Shown here piece by piece: positions 20,867 to 31,048 of a stretch of 64,000 bases of DNA; the stretch's first letter is position 1, and each line of letters opens with the position of its first letter. The DNA is from an uncultured delta proteobacterium (GTDB lineage Bacteria > Desulfobacterota > Desulfobacteria > Desulfobacterales > UBA2156). The notes beneath the pieces are model-generated. The model searched no databases. It had not been told where the DNA came from and was given only the letters and a program-made list of their open reading frames with translations. The translations under genes were made by a program, and so were the position numbers. The DNA is taken from the NCBI GenBank assembly GCA_963736855.1, contig CAVTQK010000021.1, positions 448,001-512,000 on the forward strand. The letters are read 5' to 3'.

Positions 20867-21448
20867 TCATGCGTGTCCGGCCGTCTCGGCCAAAAGTGAT
20901 GGATCGATTCCAATTCCCCTCATCGCCTTTTCCCACCTTTTTTCAACCGGTGTATCGAAAATAACCCCTTCCTTGATGGGACCGGTCAGCCAGGCATTGG
21001 CTTTAATTTCCGACTCCAGTTGCCCGGGTCCCCACCCTGCGCATCCCAGCGTGATCATGAAATCAGACGGCCTTTGATCCATGACTATTGCTCTAAGGAC
21101 GTCGAGAGTGTTGCTCATGGACAGTGTCGCAGAAATACGAATGGATCCCTCCCATTGAAGCGGTGGACCATGAAGGATGAAAATCTCACCTTCATGGACA
21201 GGACCTCCCCAAAAAACGGGAACGGACCCTATCTCCTGAGGATAACGAAGATTAAGCTCGTCAAAAATCGCCTTTGCCGTCAGCATGGGATGCAAGCGGT
21301 TGATGATCAATCCGAAGGCCCCCATGGACGAATGCTCACAGATACAGGTGACTGTTTGAGCAAAATTGGGATCTCTCAAGCCGGGCATGGCCATCAGGAA
21401 TTGACACTTCAGAAACGCTGTGTTGTGCTCTTTCAGGGGAGCCTCCAT
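20867..21448 (-). CDS. YqgE/AlgH family protein
   Basis: FLMAMPGLRDPNF, GLIINR, GGPV, GCAGWGPGQLESE, C-terminal AGHA. Confidence 0.93.
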   Translation of the reverse strand: MEAPLKEHNTAFLKCQFLMAMPGLRDPNFAQTVTCICEHSSMGAFGLIINRLHPMLTAKAIFDELNLRYPQEIGSVPVFWGGPVHEGEIFILHGPPLQWEGSIRISATLSMSNTLDVLRAIVMDQRPSDFMITLGCAGWGPGQLESEIKANAWLTGPIKEGVIFDTPVEKRWEKAMRGIGIDPSLLAETAGHA

Positions 21449-21466
21449 GGATGCCGGCTGGTGACC

Positions 21467-21805
21467 CTATCGATCTTTTTCCCGCCCGTCGATGGAAGCA
21501 GTCTGGATCACCTCATCAACCAGAGCCATGGCTCCCATCATGTTGGGAAACCCTGTTGTAGTCAAGGAAAGCAGGACCGTGTGGAATATTTCCTCTGGAC
21601 TGGCGCCCGATTGAAGAGCTTTCCGTGTTCCTGACATCACGGCGCCTCGTGAATCACCACCGATGGCGATACCAAGCTTGATCAGGTTCTGATATTTTTC
21701 GGGTATCGGTCCGGCGCTTCGGCACTGATGACCCAACGCCTCAAAAGATTCGAAGAGATCTGGAAATCGCTCAATGAACTTCTGATAGATCTTTGGATAG
21801 TACAT
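21467..21805 (-). CDS. carboxymuconolactone decarboxylase (AhpD-like) family protein
   Basis: AGPI..K..LIKLGIAIG, GASPEEI, TTGFP. Confidence 0.8.
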   Translation of the reverse strand: MYYPKIYQKFIERFPDLFESFEALGHQCRSAGPIPEKYQNLIKLGIAIGGDSRGAVMSGTRKALQSGASPEEIFHTVLLSLTTTGFPNMMGAMALVDEVIQTASIDGREKDR

Positions 21806-21856
21806 GGGCCCTCCGAGATGGGATGATTTTTGTATCTGTGGTACTATTGAGTGGGT

Positions 21857-21884
21857 ATCATACCGGGTACCATCGTAAAGTCAA
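21857..21884 (-). promoter_or_regulatory. possible sigma70 promoter for CMD-yqgE
   Basis: Minus strand TTGACT-16 bp-TATGAT about 50 bp upstream of the CMD start. Confidence 0.45.
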
Positions 21885-22076
21885 GTCCATTGGACGATCG
21901 CGCTCTTCTGAAATGTTTCGCGCCTCTGGCATCCAAGATTGCGTCTTGACACGAGAAGCGATTGAAAGGTAGTGAATTTCACGCTCTCTTAACGGAAAAG
22001 CGCCTTTTCCATACGGCGTTTCCAAAATAGAGATGAAAATGCGGCAGAGCAGGTAATTTGTTCTTTCAGGTACTTC

Positions 22077-23420
22077 ATGGATAACGACTCTCAAAAGCGT
22101 AAAAAAGCACGGAAAGATGCGTTGACCATCTTCTCGCATGCTCTATGTGCTGTAGAAGCGGGGAAAGCCGTCCGAAGACACCTTCGTCTGGAAGGAGATC
22201 ATTTGTTTTTGGATTACCCTGTAGTCCCTTTTTCCCATTTTCGCCGGTGTATCGTCATCGGTGCTGGAAAAGCATCCGCGGCCATGGGAAAGGCGGTAGA
22301 GGATGTTCTGGGTGATTGCATTGAAGAAGGGCGTATTACTGTGAAATACGGACATACCCATCCGCTGTCCCGGATCCACCTGACCGAAGCGGGTCATCCC
22401 ATTCCAGATGCCCAAGGCGTTGCAGGCGCATCCGCCATTCTGAAAATGGTCCAAAGGGCCGGACCCGATCACCTCATCATCGCCCTTTTCTCCGGCGGCG
22501 GATCCGCCCTTCTTCCCCTCCCTATTGAGGGAATTTCGCTTGAAGAGAAACAGCACACAATATCGGTGTTGTTGAACTGTGGGGCAACTATTCATGAAAT
22601 CAATACTATTCGGAAACATGTATCCAGAATCAAAGGAGGCAGACTGGCCAAAGCCGCCTATCCTTCACGGCTGATAACGTTGATCCTGTCCGATGTCGTT
22701 GGAGACGATTTAGACGTCATCGCTTCCGGACCCACGGTTCCGGACTCCAGCACATTCGCAGATTGTTTAAATATCGTCTCCAAATACGACTTGGGAAAAA
22801 GAATTCCGACATCCATTATGGCTCTCCTCAACGGAGGCCTTTCCCGGAATACCCCGGAAACTCCCAAGCCGGGGGAACCGATATTTGAAAAAACGGAAAA
22901 CCGGATCATCGGAAGTAATTCAGAAGCGCTTTCTGCTGCGAAGGCAACATCGGAGCGTCTGGGGTACCGCACACTGGTTCTCTCATCCACGATTCAAGGA
23001 GACACCCGTGAAGCGGCCCTTTTTCATGCCGCGATAGTCAGAGAGATCCATCGCACAGGAAACCCCATCCCTCCTCCCGCTTGTATCCTTTCAGGGGGAG
23101 AAACCACAGTGAAGGTAACCGGGAATGGCATGGGTGGAAGAAATCAGGAGTTTACCTTGCAGGCAGCTTTAGAAATTGCCGGATGCGGCCCCCTCATCAT
23201 GCTTTCCGCCGGCACCGATGGCACCGATGGTCCCACCGATGCGGCAGGCGCTGTGGCAGACGATATCACCATCTCCAGGGCGTATGCCATGGGAATGGAA
23301 CCCATGCGGCATCTCGATAACAACGACGCCTATACCTTTTTCAAGGTTCTAGATGACCTGGTGATCACCGGTCCCACGGATACCAACGTCATGGATCTCA
23401 GGATTGCTCTGGCTCCATGA
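22077..23420 (+). CDS. glycerate 2-kinase (MOFRL/TtuD family)
   Basis: GAGKAS, AGHPIPD, SGGGSAL, SDVVGD..IASGPT, GGETTV, GGRNQE, GTDGTDG, TGPTDTNVMD. Confidence 0.92.
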   Translation: MDNDSQKRKKARKDALTIFSHALCAVEAGKAVRRHLRLEGDHLFLDYPVVPFSHFRRCIVIGAGKASAAMGKAVEDVLGDCIEEGRITVKYGHTHPLSRIHLTEAGHPIPDAQGVAGASAILKMVQRAGPDHLIIALFSGGGSALLPLPIEGISLEEKQHTISVLLNCGATIHEINTIRKHVSRIKGGRLAKAAYPSRLITLILSDVVGDDLDVIASGPTVPDSSTFADCLNIVSKYDLGKRIPTSIMALLNGGLSRNTPETPKPGEPIFEKTENRIIGSNSEALSAAKATSERLGYRTLVLSSTIQGDTREAALFHAAIVREIHRTGNPIPPPACILSGGETTVKVTGNGMGGRNQEFTLQAALEIAGCGPLIMLSAGTDGTDGPTDAAGAVADDITISRAYAMGMEPMRHLDNNDAYTFFKVLDDLVITGPTDTNVMDLRIALAP

Positions 23421-24375
23421 AAACCCAACTTCAATGGAGAAACTCGCCATGACCCCCCCGCTGTTTGCTTTTGAACCCATTTTGCTGGAAAAAATGGACG
23501 CATACCGGCAACGCCTTTCCCAAACGCCACAAAAAGGATCGGATTACAGTTCGGTTAACTTATGGGGTTGGAAAGAGGCCTACGATCTTCAATGGGCCTG
23601 GCATGATCCCCTGATCTGGATCCGACAGAATCGCCCCGGACCAATCCTGTGGGCACCTGTCGGCCCATGGGGAGAAATCGACTGGCCGCTGTATTTCCAG
23701 CACCTGGGGAACCCCGGCATCGTTTTCACCCGGGTCCCGGAACAGCTCCTAATACCTTGGAAAATCGCCTTTCCCGGCCGTCTTCATTTTGAAGAAGAGA
23801 GAGGAAACTGGGATTACCTGTACCGGATGGAAGACATGGTGCTCCTCAAAGGAAACCGGTTTCACCAGAAGAAAAACCTGGTCAATCAGTTCATTAAAAA
23901 ATTTACCTTTGAATATGTGCCGCTTGACGATGACCGGATCGCTGATGCCCTCTTAATGCAGGAAAGCTGGTGCACATGGCACGATTGCGAGTCCTCCGAG
24001 GTTCTTGATGCCGAAAATCAGGCCATCGCCCGGGTCCTCGGCACATTTTCTCATTTCAGAGATCTTTTCGGAGGCGGTATCCTTTGCAAAGGGAAAATGA
24101 TCGCCTACACCCTCGGAGAAAGGCTCGATTCGGATACACTCTTAATCCATTTTGAAAAAGGAGATCCCGGATATCCAGGGGTCTACCAAACCATCAACCA
24201 ACTTTTTCTTTCGCATCACGTAAACGCGTTTCGCATGGTGAATCGGGAGCAGGATCTCGATAACCCGGGCTTGAGGAAAGCCAAGCTTTCTTATCACCCC
24301 GTCGACTTTGTGCGCAAATACCGAGTCTCGCTTGAAAAACCGGGAGAGAAAAACGATCCTTCGCTTGGTCAATGA
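23404..24375 (+). CDS. DUF2156 (aminoacyl-phosphatidylglycerol synthase C-terminal-like, GNAT fold) stand-alone protein
   Basis: DYLY..LKGNRFHQKKNLVNQF, IHFEKG, GVYQTIN, NREQDLDNPGLRKAKLSYHP. No membrane domain; exact start uncertain. Confidence 0.85.
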   Translation: MLWLHENPTSMEKLAMTPPLFAFEPILLEKMDAYRQRLSQTPQKGSDYSSVNLWGWKEAYDLQWAWHDPLIWIRQNRPGPILWAPVGPWGEIDWPLYFQHLGNPGIVFTRVPEQLLIPWKIAFPGRLHFEEERGNWDYLYRMEDMVLLKGNRFHQKKNLVNQFIKKFTFEYVPLDDDRIADALLMQESWCTWHDCESSEVLDAENQAIARVLGTFSHFRDLFGGGILCKGKMIAYTLGERLDSDTLLIHFEKGDPGYPGVYQTINQLFLSHHVNAFRMVNREQDLDNPGLRKAKLSYHPVDFVRKYRVSLEKPGEKNDPSLGQ

Positions 24376-24388
24376 ACAGGAGATGTCC

Positions 24389-25900
24389 ATGCAGCAGTCG
24401 GCTTCAGGTTATCATCATTTAACGAGCTACGAGAGGGATCGCATGCAAGGTGGCGGGCTGGACTGGGCCAACTTACCGCACACCTATAAGTTTTACGAAG
24501 GGCGCAAGTCCATTCCCTTGCCCCGGGAGTTCGAATTTCCGAAGATCTCTCTACGTTCGCTTTATGCTTGCCAAATTGAAGGCGCGACTTGTGCCGCAAA
24601 CCTTGCCGTAGTCCAGCTCTCCACCATACTTTTTCTCGCCTACGGACTTACCGCTCGGCGCAAGGCGATTGGAGAAGATTTCTTTTTCCGGAGCGTTCCT
24701 TCGGCCGGGGCCCTCTACCCTGCGGAAATCTATGTGGGCGCATGGAATATGAAAGGTGTTTCCACCGGCTTGTACCACTTCGATACGACCCGGCATGTCC
24801 TCGTACCGCTTCGATCGGGGGACTTTCGGTATGCCTTGGGACCGATTTTCAATGACATCCCGATTTCTGACAAAATATTGACATTCTATGTGTCCGGCAT
24901 TTTTTTCCGGAGCAGCTGGAAATATCGCAAGCGGGCCTATCGCTATGTGCTGTTGGATGCCGGCCATTTGATCGAAAACCTCGTTCTTGCTCTGGATGTC
25001 TATCGGCTGTCTCCCGCTGTATCGCTGGACTTCAACGATGAACAGGCCCTTCAACTGATGGGATTTGATCCCGCAAAGGAGGTCTGCCTGGCCGAAATTC
25101 CCCTGACGGGAAAAGAAGCACCAAGGAAAAGAAAGACCTCTCCCCTTTCCCCCCTGGGACCCGAGGTCACCGATGCAAGCATTGTATCGGCAAGGGAAAT
25201 GACATTTCCCGAGATCCTCGATATCCATATATCCGGCAACACGATTCGACTCGGCGCACGACCCCAAGTACCCATGATGGATGCATTTGGAATCAAGGTT
25301 TCTTCCTGGGATCCCCTCCCTCAGCCCAAAGCCGAAGCCTCAGGATCGACCTTTGCTCAAAGCGTTTTGAACCGGCGTTCCCATAGAAATTTCGTCCCAA
25401 TGGAAATGAGACAAGAAGTGTTTGCAAGCCTTATCGATCTGGTGGCCGCTGCAGCCGCCGGTCATCGAGCGCTGCCGCCTTATGAAGGCGTGCTTGCTTG
25501 CGGTTTTTTAGCCCACACGGTAGAAGGACTTTTACCTGGTTTTTATTTGATGGATACCGAACATCGTACCTTCGGGCTGGTTCAAGCCGGGGTATTTGCG
25601 AACCAGATAGCCTCGGTTTGTCTCGATCAGGAATGGCTTAAAAACGCTTCGCTCCATTTTCTATTCATGACGCACCTTAGATTGCTGGACGAGCTGTGGG
25701 GAGCGCGCGGCTATCGGTATGCCATGGTCGCCGCCGGCCGCCTGGGTCAAGCCGTTTACCTGGCATGCACAACTCTGGAACTCGGGTGTTGCGGCATCGG
25801 AGCCTTCTACGATGGGGAGGCGCGAAAGCTGCTCGGGCTTGATCCGGATGCCGCACTGCTGTATCTGGTGGCGGCTGGCAATATCCGGAGGTTCCCTTGA
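24389..25900 (+). CDS. SagB/ThcOx-family FMN-dependent oxidase with tandem nitroreductase-like domains
   Basis: RSVPSAGALYP, WKYRKRAYRYVLLDAGH; second domain RRSHRNF..RGYRY..AGRLGQ..CGIGAFYD. Start placed after AGGAG. Confidence 0.85.
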   Translation: MQQSASGYHHLTSYERDRMQGGGLDWANLPHTYKFYEGRKSIPLPREFEFPKISLRSLYACQIEGATCAANLAVVQLSTILFLAYGLTARRKAIGEDFFFRSVPSAGALYPAEIYVGAWNMKGVSTGLYHFDTTRHVLVPLRSGDFRYALGPIFNDIPISDKILTFYVSGIFFRSSWKYRKRAYRYVLLDAGHLIENLVLALDVYRLSPAVSLDFNDEQALQLMGFDPAKEVCLAEIPLTGKEAPRKRKTSPLSPLGPEVTDASIVSAREMTFPEILDIHISGNTIRLGARPQVPMMDAFGIKVSSWDPLPQPKAEASGSTFAQSVLNRRSHRNFVPMEMRQEVFASLIDLVAAAAAGHRALPPYEGVLACGFLAHTVEGLLPGFYLMDTEHRTFGLVQAGVFANQIASVCLDQEWLKNASLHFLFMTHLRLLDELWGARGYRYAMVAAGRLGQAVYLACTTLELGCCGIGAFYDGEARKLLGLDPDAALLYLVAAGNIRRFP

Positions 25901-25945
25901 AGGATTCCCTTCATCACTTAAGTACATCAGGATCGGGGAGGGGCC

Positions 25946-26389
25946 ATGAGGGCCGTGGTTCAGAGGGTGAAGAAATGCTCGGTGAGCGTCAACGGAGAAA
26001 CGGTGGCCGGCATCCGAGAGGGGCTTTTGGTCTTTTTGGGGATACACCATGAGGACAGAAGCGCCGATGCCGAATACCTCGCGCAAAAGATCAGTCACTT
26101 GCGCGTCTTCGAAGACGACGCGGGGAAAATGAACCGTTCTCTCTTGGAAACCGCCGGGAAAATGCTGGTGGTATCCCAGTTCACTCTATACGGCGACTGC
26201 CGGAAAGGGAGACGTCCCTCTTTTATCTCCGCCGCTGCCCCGGATTGCGCCGAGCCGCTCTATCTCCATTTTGTCGAATCGGTCCGCAAGGCGGGTATCA
26301 AAGTTGAAACCGGTCGGTTTCAAGCGAAAATGGAGGTTGCCTTGACCAACGACGGTCCGGTCACCCTGCTCCTCGAGAGCCATGAATGA
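25946..26389 (+). CDS. dtd: D-aminoacyl-tRNA deacylase
   Basis: [27 protein letters not shown]. Confidence 0.97.
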   Translation: MRAVVQRVKKCSVSVNGETVAGIREGLLVFLGIHHEDRSADAEYLAQKISHLRVFEDDAGKMNRSLLETAGKMLVVSQFTLYGDCRKGRRPSFISAAAPDCAEPLYLHFVESVRKAGIKVETGRFQAKMEVALTNDGPVTLLLESHE

Positions 26390-26406
26390 GTTTGAGAATT
26401 TGAATC

Positions 26407-27615
26407 ATGGAACCTTGGAACCATTTAAAACGAATAGGCCTTCCCCTCGCCGTTTATTTTCTTTCTTTTCTGGCATCAGAAAACCTTTACGCGGCTTCCC
26501 TGTACGGTCTTGACCCGCTGATCGGAAAACAGGATGCCGTTCTGGTGGCCGATAACCATGGGAATATCCTTTTTTCCAAGCACGAAAACACCCCTTTAAT
26601 CCCAGCCTCCACGCTGAAAATCCTGACTGCATTCTTGGCGTTGAGGCATCTGGGATCCGATTATCGCTTTCATACGGATTTTTATCTGGATGACGAAAAC
26701 CGGCTCATCGCTCAAGGGTTCGGTGATCCATTCCTGGTATCCGAATCCCTGTCGGTCATCGCCAAAACTCTGGCAAATCAACTCCGGTCCATCCATGGCA
26801 TTCTCCTGGACGACACTTATTTTTCGAATCCCCTGGAGATTCCGGGCATATCCGACTCCTTTGAACCCTACGACGCCCCCAACGGGGCATTGTGCGTCAA
26901 TTTCAATACGGTTTCCTTCCAGCGGGCCGGATCCCGATTCGTCAGCGCCGAACCCCAGACTCCCCTTTTACCGATGGTAATGAGCCGGATCCTGAATTCC
27001 CGCATGGACAAAGGAAGGATTGTTCTTTCCAATAAACAGGGTGAAGCCGTCCTTTATACCGGCCAGATGCTGCGCCATTTCTTGGAAAAAGAAGGGATCA
27101 CCGTCACCGGAAATGTTGAGACAGGTCGGGCGGATCCGGCCCGAAACCGCCTAATCCTGCGATATGTCTCCGAGTACAGACTCTCGAATGTCGTAGAAAG
27201 GCTGTTGGAACACTCCAACAATTTCATCGCCAATCAGCTATTAATCAGCGTCGGTATAAAGGTTTATGGACCTCCGGGAACCTTAGAGAAGGGTGTTCGG
27301 GCTGTGATGTGCGATGCCGAAAAGGTTCTGAAGACCGATGGTATTCAGATTGTAGAGGGCTCTGGTATCTCTCGGGAGAATCGCATGACGGTTCTAGCCA
27401 TGCTCCGGGTTCTGAATGCTTTCATTTCCCACAGACACTTGATGGGCTTCAGAAACGGCGTTTTTTATAAAACCGGAACCCTCGACGGCGTCCGAACTCT
27501 TGCAGGCTACATCGAAACGCGTCCGGAACGGATTCACCCTTTTGCGATCTTCATCAACACCCCCGGTAAAACAGCCGACGATATTTTAATGAAGATCCGG
27601 GCAAGTCTTCCCTAA
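26407..27615 (+). CDS. dacB: D-alanyl-D-alanine carboxypeptidase/endopeptidase (S13, PBP4)
   Basis: Signal peptide, PASTLK (SxxK), SNN, KTGTL, GDPFL. Confidence 0.88.
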   Translation: MEPWNHLKRIGLPLAVYFLSFLASENLYAASLYGLDPLIGKQDAVLVADNHGNILFSKHENTPLIPASTLKILTAFLALRHLGSDYRFHTDFYLDDENRLIAQGFGDPFLVSESLSVIAKTLANQLRSIHGILLDDTYFSNPLEIPGISDSFEPYDAPNGALCVNFNTVSFQRAGSRFVSAEPQTPLLPMVMSRILNSRMDKGRIVLSNKQGEAVLYTGQMLRHFLEKEGITVTGNVETGRADPARNRLILRYVSEYRLSNVVERLLEHSNNFIANQLLISVGIKVYGPPGTLEKGVRAVMCDAEKVLKTDGIQIVEGSGISRENRMTVLAMLRVLNAFISHRHLMGFRNGVFYKTGTLDGVRTLAGYIETRPERIHPFAIFINTPGKTADDILMKIRASLP

Positions 27616-28397
27616 GGCGTTTCTATCTTGTTTCGGATGATGTTAGCGTAAGCGCTGTGGTTGTGAATGGACTCGAAATTTTCCGCGCTGACGGAAAACC
27701 AGGTGATGTTGGTATCGAAAATAAGCCTTTTGGCGATGTCTCTGACGATGTCTTCCACAAATTTGGCATTGGTATATCCCCGCTCGGTGACCTCCTTTTC
27801 GTCCACTCGTTTCAATACCGAATAGACGTCGCACGAGGATGACGCCTCGACGAGCTCGATCATGTCTTCCAGCCAGATGAATTTTTTGAATCGGGTCTCC
27901 AGCCGGACCTCTCCTCTCTGATTGTGGGCTCCGACGTCACTAATTTCTTTTGAGCAGGGGCATACGGATGTGATGGGAACAATCACCTCCGAAACCAGAT
28001 CTACTTTTCCGTTGGAATCGCTCGATCCGAGGATCCGGCAGTTGTAGTCCATCAACCCCGCGGAATGACTTACCGGCGCCCGCTTTTCAATAAAGTAAGG
28101 GAAGCCCATTTCAATGGTTGCCGATGCGGCGTTGAGGTGCTCTTTCATTTTTTCCAGGGTTTTCGAAAAAGTGCGTAGAGAGACTTCGGGACGAAGGGTA
28201 TGAAGGATTTCCACGAAACGGCTCATGTGGGTACCTCGGATTCGGTGGGGAAGATCCACGTACATATTGATGGTGGCCACCGTATGCTGAAATCCATCCC
28301 TCCGATCCCGGACCGTGATGGGGTATCTTAAATTTTTGATTCCCACCTTGTCGATGGGAATGTTTCGGTCATCCCGTTGGTTTTGAATATCAATCAT
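27612..28397 (-). CDS. folE2: GTP cyclohydrolase IB
   Basis: IDKVGI, GTHMSRF, CPCSKEIS..GAHNQR, KFVED, ESIHNH. Confidence 0.96.
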   Translation of the reverse strand: MIDIQNQRDDRNIPIDKVGIKNLRYPITVRDRRDGFQHTVATINMYVDLPHRIRGTHMSRFVEILHTLRPEVSLRTFSKTLEKMKEHLNAASATIEMGFPYFIEKRAPVSHSAGLMDYNCRILGSSDSNGKVDLVSEVIVPITSVCPCSKEISDVGAHNQRGEVRLETRFKKFIWLEDMIELVEASSSCDVYSVLKRVDEKEVTERGYTNAKFVEDIVRDIAKRLIFDTNITWFSVSAENFESIHNHSAYANIIRNKIETP

Positions 28398-29140
28398 GAC
28401 GAACTCGTAAAAAGGTATTCCGGTCTGACCCGGTGCAATGCATGAAAAAGATTCCCCTTGATTTTCCGATTTCTTTGGCTCATCTGATCCAAAAACGATT
28501 TGATCTCGCTGCGTTTTGAAAAACCCGCCGTAGGACAGGGGTTGTGGAATATCGGAAAAGAGGTTTCTTTCGCAAATCGACGGATAAGGGTTTCATCCAC
28601 GTATACCAAGGGCCGGATCAAGGTGAACTTCCCGTCGAAGAAGGTTTGAACCGGAAGCATGGTGCTGATTTCGCCGGCATAGAACATATTCAGAAGGAGT
28701 GTGGTGATGACGTCATCCTTGTTATGTCCTAAAGCCAGCTTATTGCAACCTAGCGCGTTCATCAGTTCAAAAAGCCTTTTTCGGCGCAGCCGGGCACATA
28801 AGAAGCAGGGATTCTCCCGGTTTTGAGGGCTGTGTCCCCTGACACCGTGATCCGATCGATCCAGGTAAAAAGGGTATTCCTGTTTTTCGCAATACGCCTT
28901 GAGGGCCTCTGAAAATCCGCCGTCAAATCCCGGATCTACGTGAATACCGATCAGTTCGTAATGAACGGGGGCCCGGCTTTGTCGTTCCCGTAATATCTGC
29001 ATCAGGCAGAGGCTGTCTTTGCCCCCGGAAAGCCCGATAGCGATCCGGTCCCCCTCTTCGATCATCCGGTATCGGTGCAACGCCTTTCCGAGAAAGCGGT
29101 TGATGGTTTTATAGGTATAGGTATGGTTGCGTCGGTTCAC
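28394..29140 (-). CDS. ttcA: tRNA 2-thiocytidine biosynthesis protein TtcA
   Basis: PP-loop SGGKDS, CFLCARLRR, GHNKDD, IRPL. Confidence 0.88.
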   Translation of the reverse strand: MNRRNHTYTYKTINRFLGKALHRYRMIEEGDRIAIGLSGGKDSLCLMQILRERQSRAPVHYELIGIHVDPGFDGGFSEALKAYCEKQEYPFYLDRSDHGVRGHSPQNRENPCFLCARLRRKRLFELMNALGCNKLALGHNKDDVITTLLLNMFYAGEISTMLPVQTFFDGKFTLIRPLVYVDETLIRRFAKETSFPIFHNPCPTAGFSKRSEIKSFLDQMSQRNRKIKGNLFHALHRVRPEYLFTSSS

Positions 29141-29161
29141 GATGGTCGGATATAGGGACGG

Positions 29162-29371
29162 CTATGCCTGGCCCGTCTTCCCGTCTCCCTTGAGGACAAC
29201 TTTTCCGGCCGCAATTTCCCTAAGAGCCACGACAATGTCCTCGTTTTTCGGAGAACTGACCAAATACTCCGATCCCTCCCGGATCTGTCGGACTCGCTTT
29301 GCCGTCATGTGCACGAGCAGAAACCGATTCTTGACTCGCTTCAGACAATCTTCAATGGTAATTCTTGCCAA
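29162..29371 (-). CDS. rpoZ: RNA polymerase omega subunit
   Basis: MARITIEDCL..NRFLLV..AKRVRQ..VALREIA. Confidence 0.96.
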   Translation of the reverse strand: MARITIEDCLKRVKNRFLLVHMTAKRVRQIREGSEYLVSSPKNEDIVVALREIAAGKVVLKGDGKTGQA

Positions 29372-29400
29372 AACTCCACCTCCGTTATCTCATCTAAAAT

Positions 29401-29868
29401 TTACATAATCTCCATCAGTTCATAGCAGCGTCGGCCACCGGGGGTTTGCACATCGATTTCACTGCCGGGTTTCTTCCCGACAAGGGCTTTCCCCAAAGGA
29501 GACAGAATGGAAAGCCGTCCCTTTTCCACATTCGATTCATCGGGCCCCACCAACTGATAAGAAACCTGTTCGCCGGTATCGCTGTTTTCCAGGATGACGG
29601 TGGATCCGAAAACCGCCCGATCCTTCGGCAGATTTATCGGCTCAATAATGTCCGCATGGGCCAGCTTGTATTGCAATTCGCTCATACGGCGTTCGAGAAA
29701 CCCTTGTCGATCCTTGGCCGCTTCATATTCCGCATTTTCGGTCAGGTCTCCATGCCCACGGGCTTCCTCGATAGCCTCAATATTTTTCGGCCGCTCCACG
29801 GAACGCAGATGTTCCAATTCTTTTTTCAAGGCTTCGTATCCGTTGTGAGTGATGGGAATTCTTTCCAA
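29401..29868 (-). CDS. greA: transcription elongation factor GreA
   Basis: ARGHGDLTENAEYEAAK, SPLGKAL. TTG start at 29868 after AGGAG. Confidence 0.95.
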   Translation of the reverse strand: MERIPITHNGYEALKKELEHLRSVERPKNIEAIEEARGHGDLTENAEYEAAKDRQGFLERRMSELQYKLAHADIIEPINLPKDRAVFGSTVILENSDTGEQVSYQLVGPDESNVEKGRLSILSPLGKALVGKKPGSEIDVQTPGGRRCYELMEIM

Positions 29869-29879
29869 TGCGTATCTCC

Positions 29880-30902
29880 TCACAAGTATTTGTCGGCCAA
29901 GATTTCGGCAATCTGGACCGCATTGGTGGCAGCGCCCTTGCGAATGTTGTCGGCGACCACCCATATGTTGATGCCGTTTTCAATCGATTCGTCCTTTCGG
30001 ATGCGACCTACCAGGGTCAAATCCTGACCAGCGGCATCGATGGGCATGGGGTATCTATTCTGGGAAGGGTCATCCACCACTCTTACACCTGGAGCATTTT
30101 GAAGAATGGATCTCACCGCATCCGGGGATACAGGTTCGGCTGTCTCGATATTGATGGACTCGCTGTGTCCGAAAAAAACCGGAACGCGAATGGTTGTGGC
30201 CGTCACCCCGATTGAACGATCCTCCATGATTTTATGCGTTTCATGCACCATCTTCATCTCTTCTTTGGTGTATCCGCTTTCCAGGAAAACGTCGATATGC
30301 GGCAGACAGTTGAAGGCAATTCGATGGGGATAGACTTCCCGTTTGACATCCAAAAAGTGGATCATGGCCCGGGTTTGATCAAAAAGTTCGTGGATGGCCT
30401 TTTTACCGGTTCCGGATACGGCCTGATAGGTGGAGACCACGATCCGTTTGATCCTGAAACGTCGGTGTATCGGATTCAGGGCCACCACCATCTGAATGGT
30501 GGAGCAGTTGGGGTTGGCAATGATCCCTTTACGGGTGTAGTCTGCCACAGCATGGGGGTTGACCTCGGGGACCACCAACGGCACATCCGCATCCATCCGC
30601 CACGCACTCGAATTATCGATGACTATGCAGCCATCCTTTGCCGCATGAGGAGCAAAACGGATGCTGGTCCCCCCGCCGGCCGAAAACAGGGCGATGTCGA
30701 TGCCTTTAAAGGAGTCTTCTTTGAGCTCTTCCACAGGGACGGCCTCTCCCTTGAACCCTACCATTTTACCCGCGGACCGTTTGGACGCCAAGGCTTTTAG
30801 CGATTTAACCGGGAATTTTCTTTCTTCCAGGCATCGAATCATCTGGTCTCCCACTGCTCCGGTAGCCCCAGCTACCGCTACATGAAACGCTTTTACCGTC
30901 AT
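29880..30902 (-). CDS. asd: aspartate-semialdehyde dehydrogenase
   Basis: GATGAVG, DNSSAWRM, NPNCSTIQ, STYQAVSG, DNIRKGAA. Confidence 0.97.
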   Translation of the reverse strand: MTVKAFHVAVAGATGAVGDQMIRCLEERKFPVKSLKALASKRSAGKMVGFKGEAVPVEELKEDSFKGIDIALFSAGGGTSIRFAPHAAKDGCIVIDNSSAWRMDADVPLVVPEVNPHAVADYTRKGIIANPNCSTIQMVVALNPIHRRFRIKRIVVSTYQAVSGTGKKAIHELFDQTRAMIHFLDVKREVYPHRIAFNCLPHIDVFLESGYTKEEMKMVHETHKIMEDRSIGVTATTIRVPVFFGHSESINIETAEPVSPDAVRSILQNAPGVRVVDDPSQNRYPMPIDAAGQDLTLVGRIRKDESIENGINIWVVADNIRKGAATNAVQIAEILADKYL

Positions 30903-31048
30903 ATCTTCCCACCCTTTTTTACTAAATCACTGAAAATGTCCCGATTGTTCAGGCATGCCCGACTGTAATTCAATTGAATTAAACCTTTTACCCTTTTCTT
31001 GGCATTTGCATTGTCGTGGAGGCACTACACGATGTTTGAACACCGATA

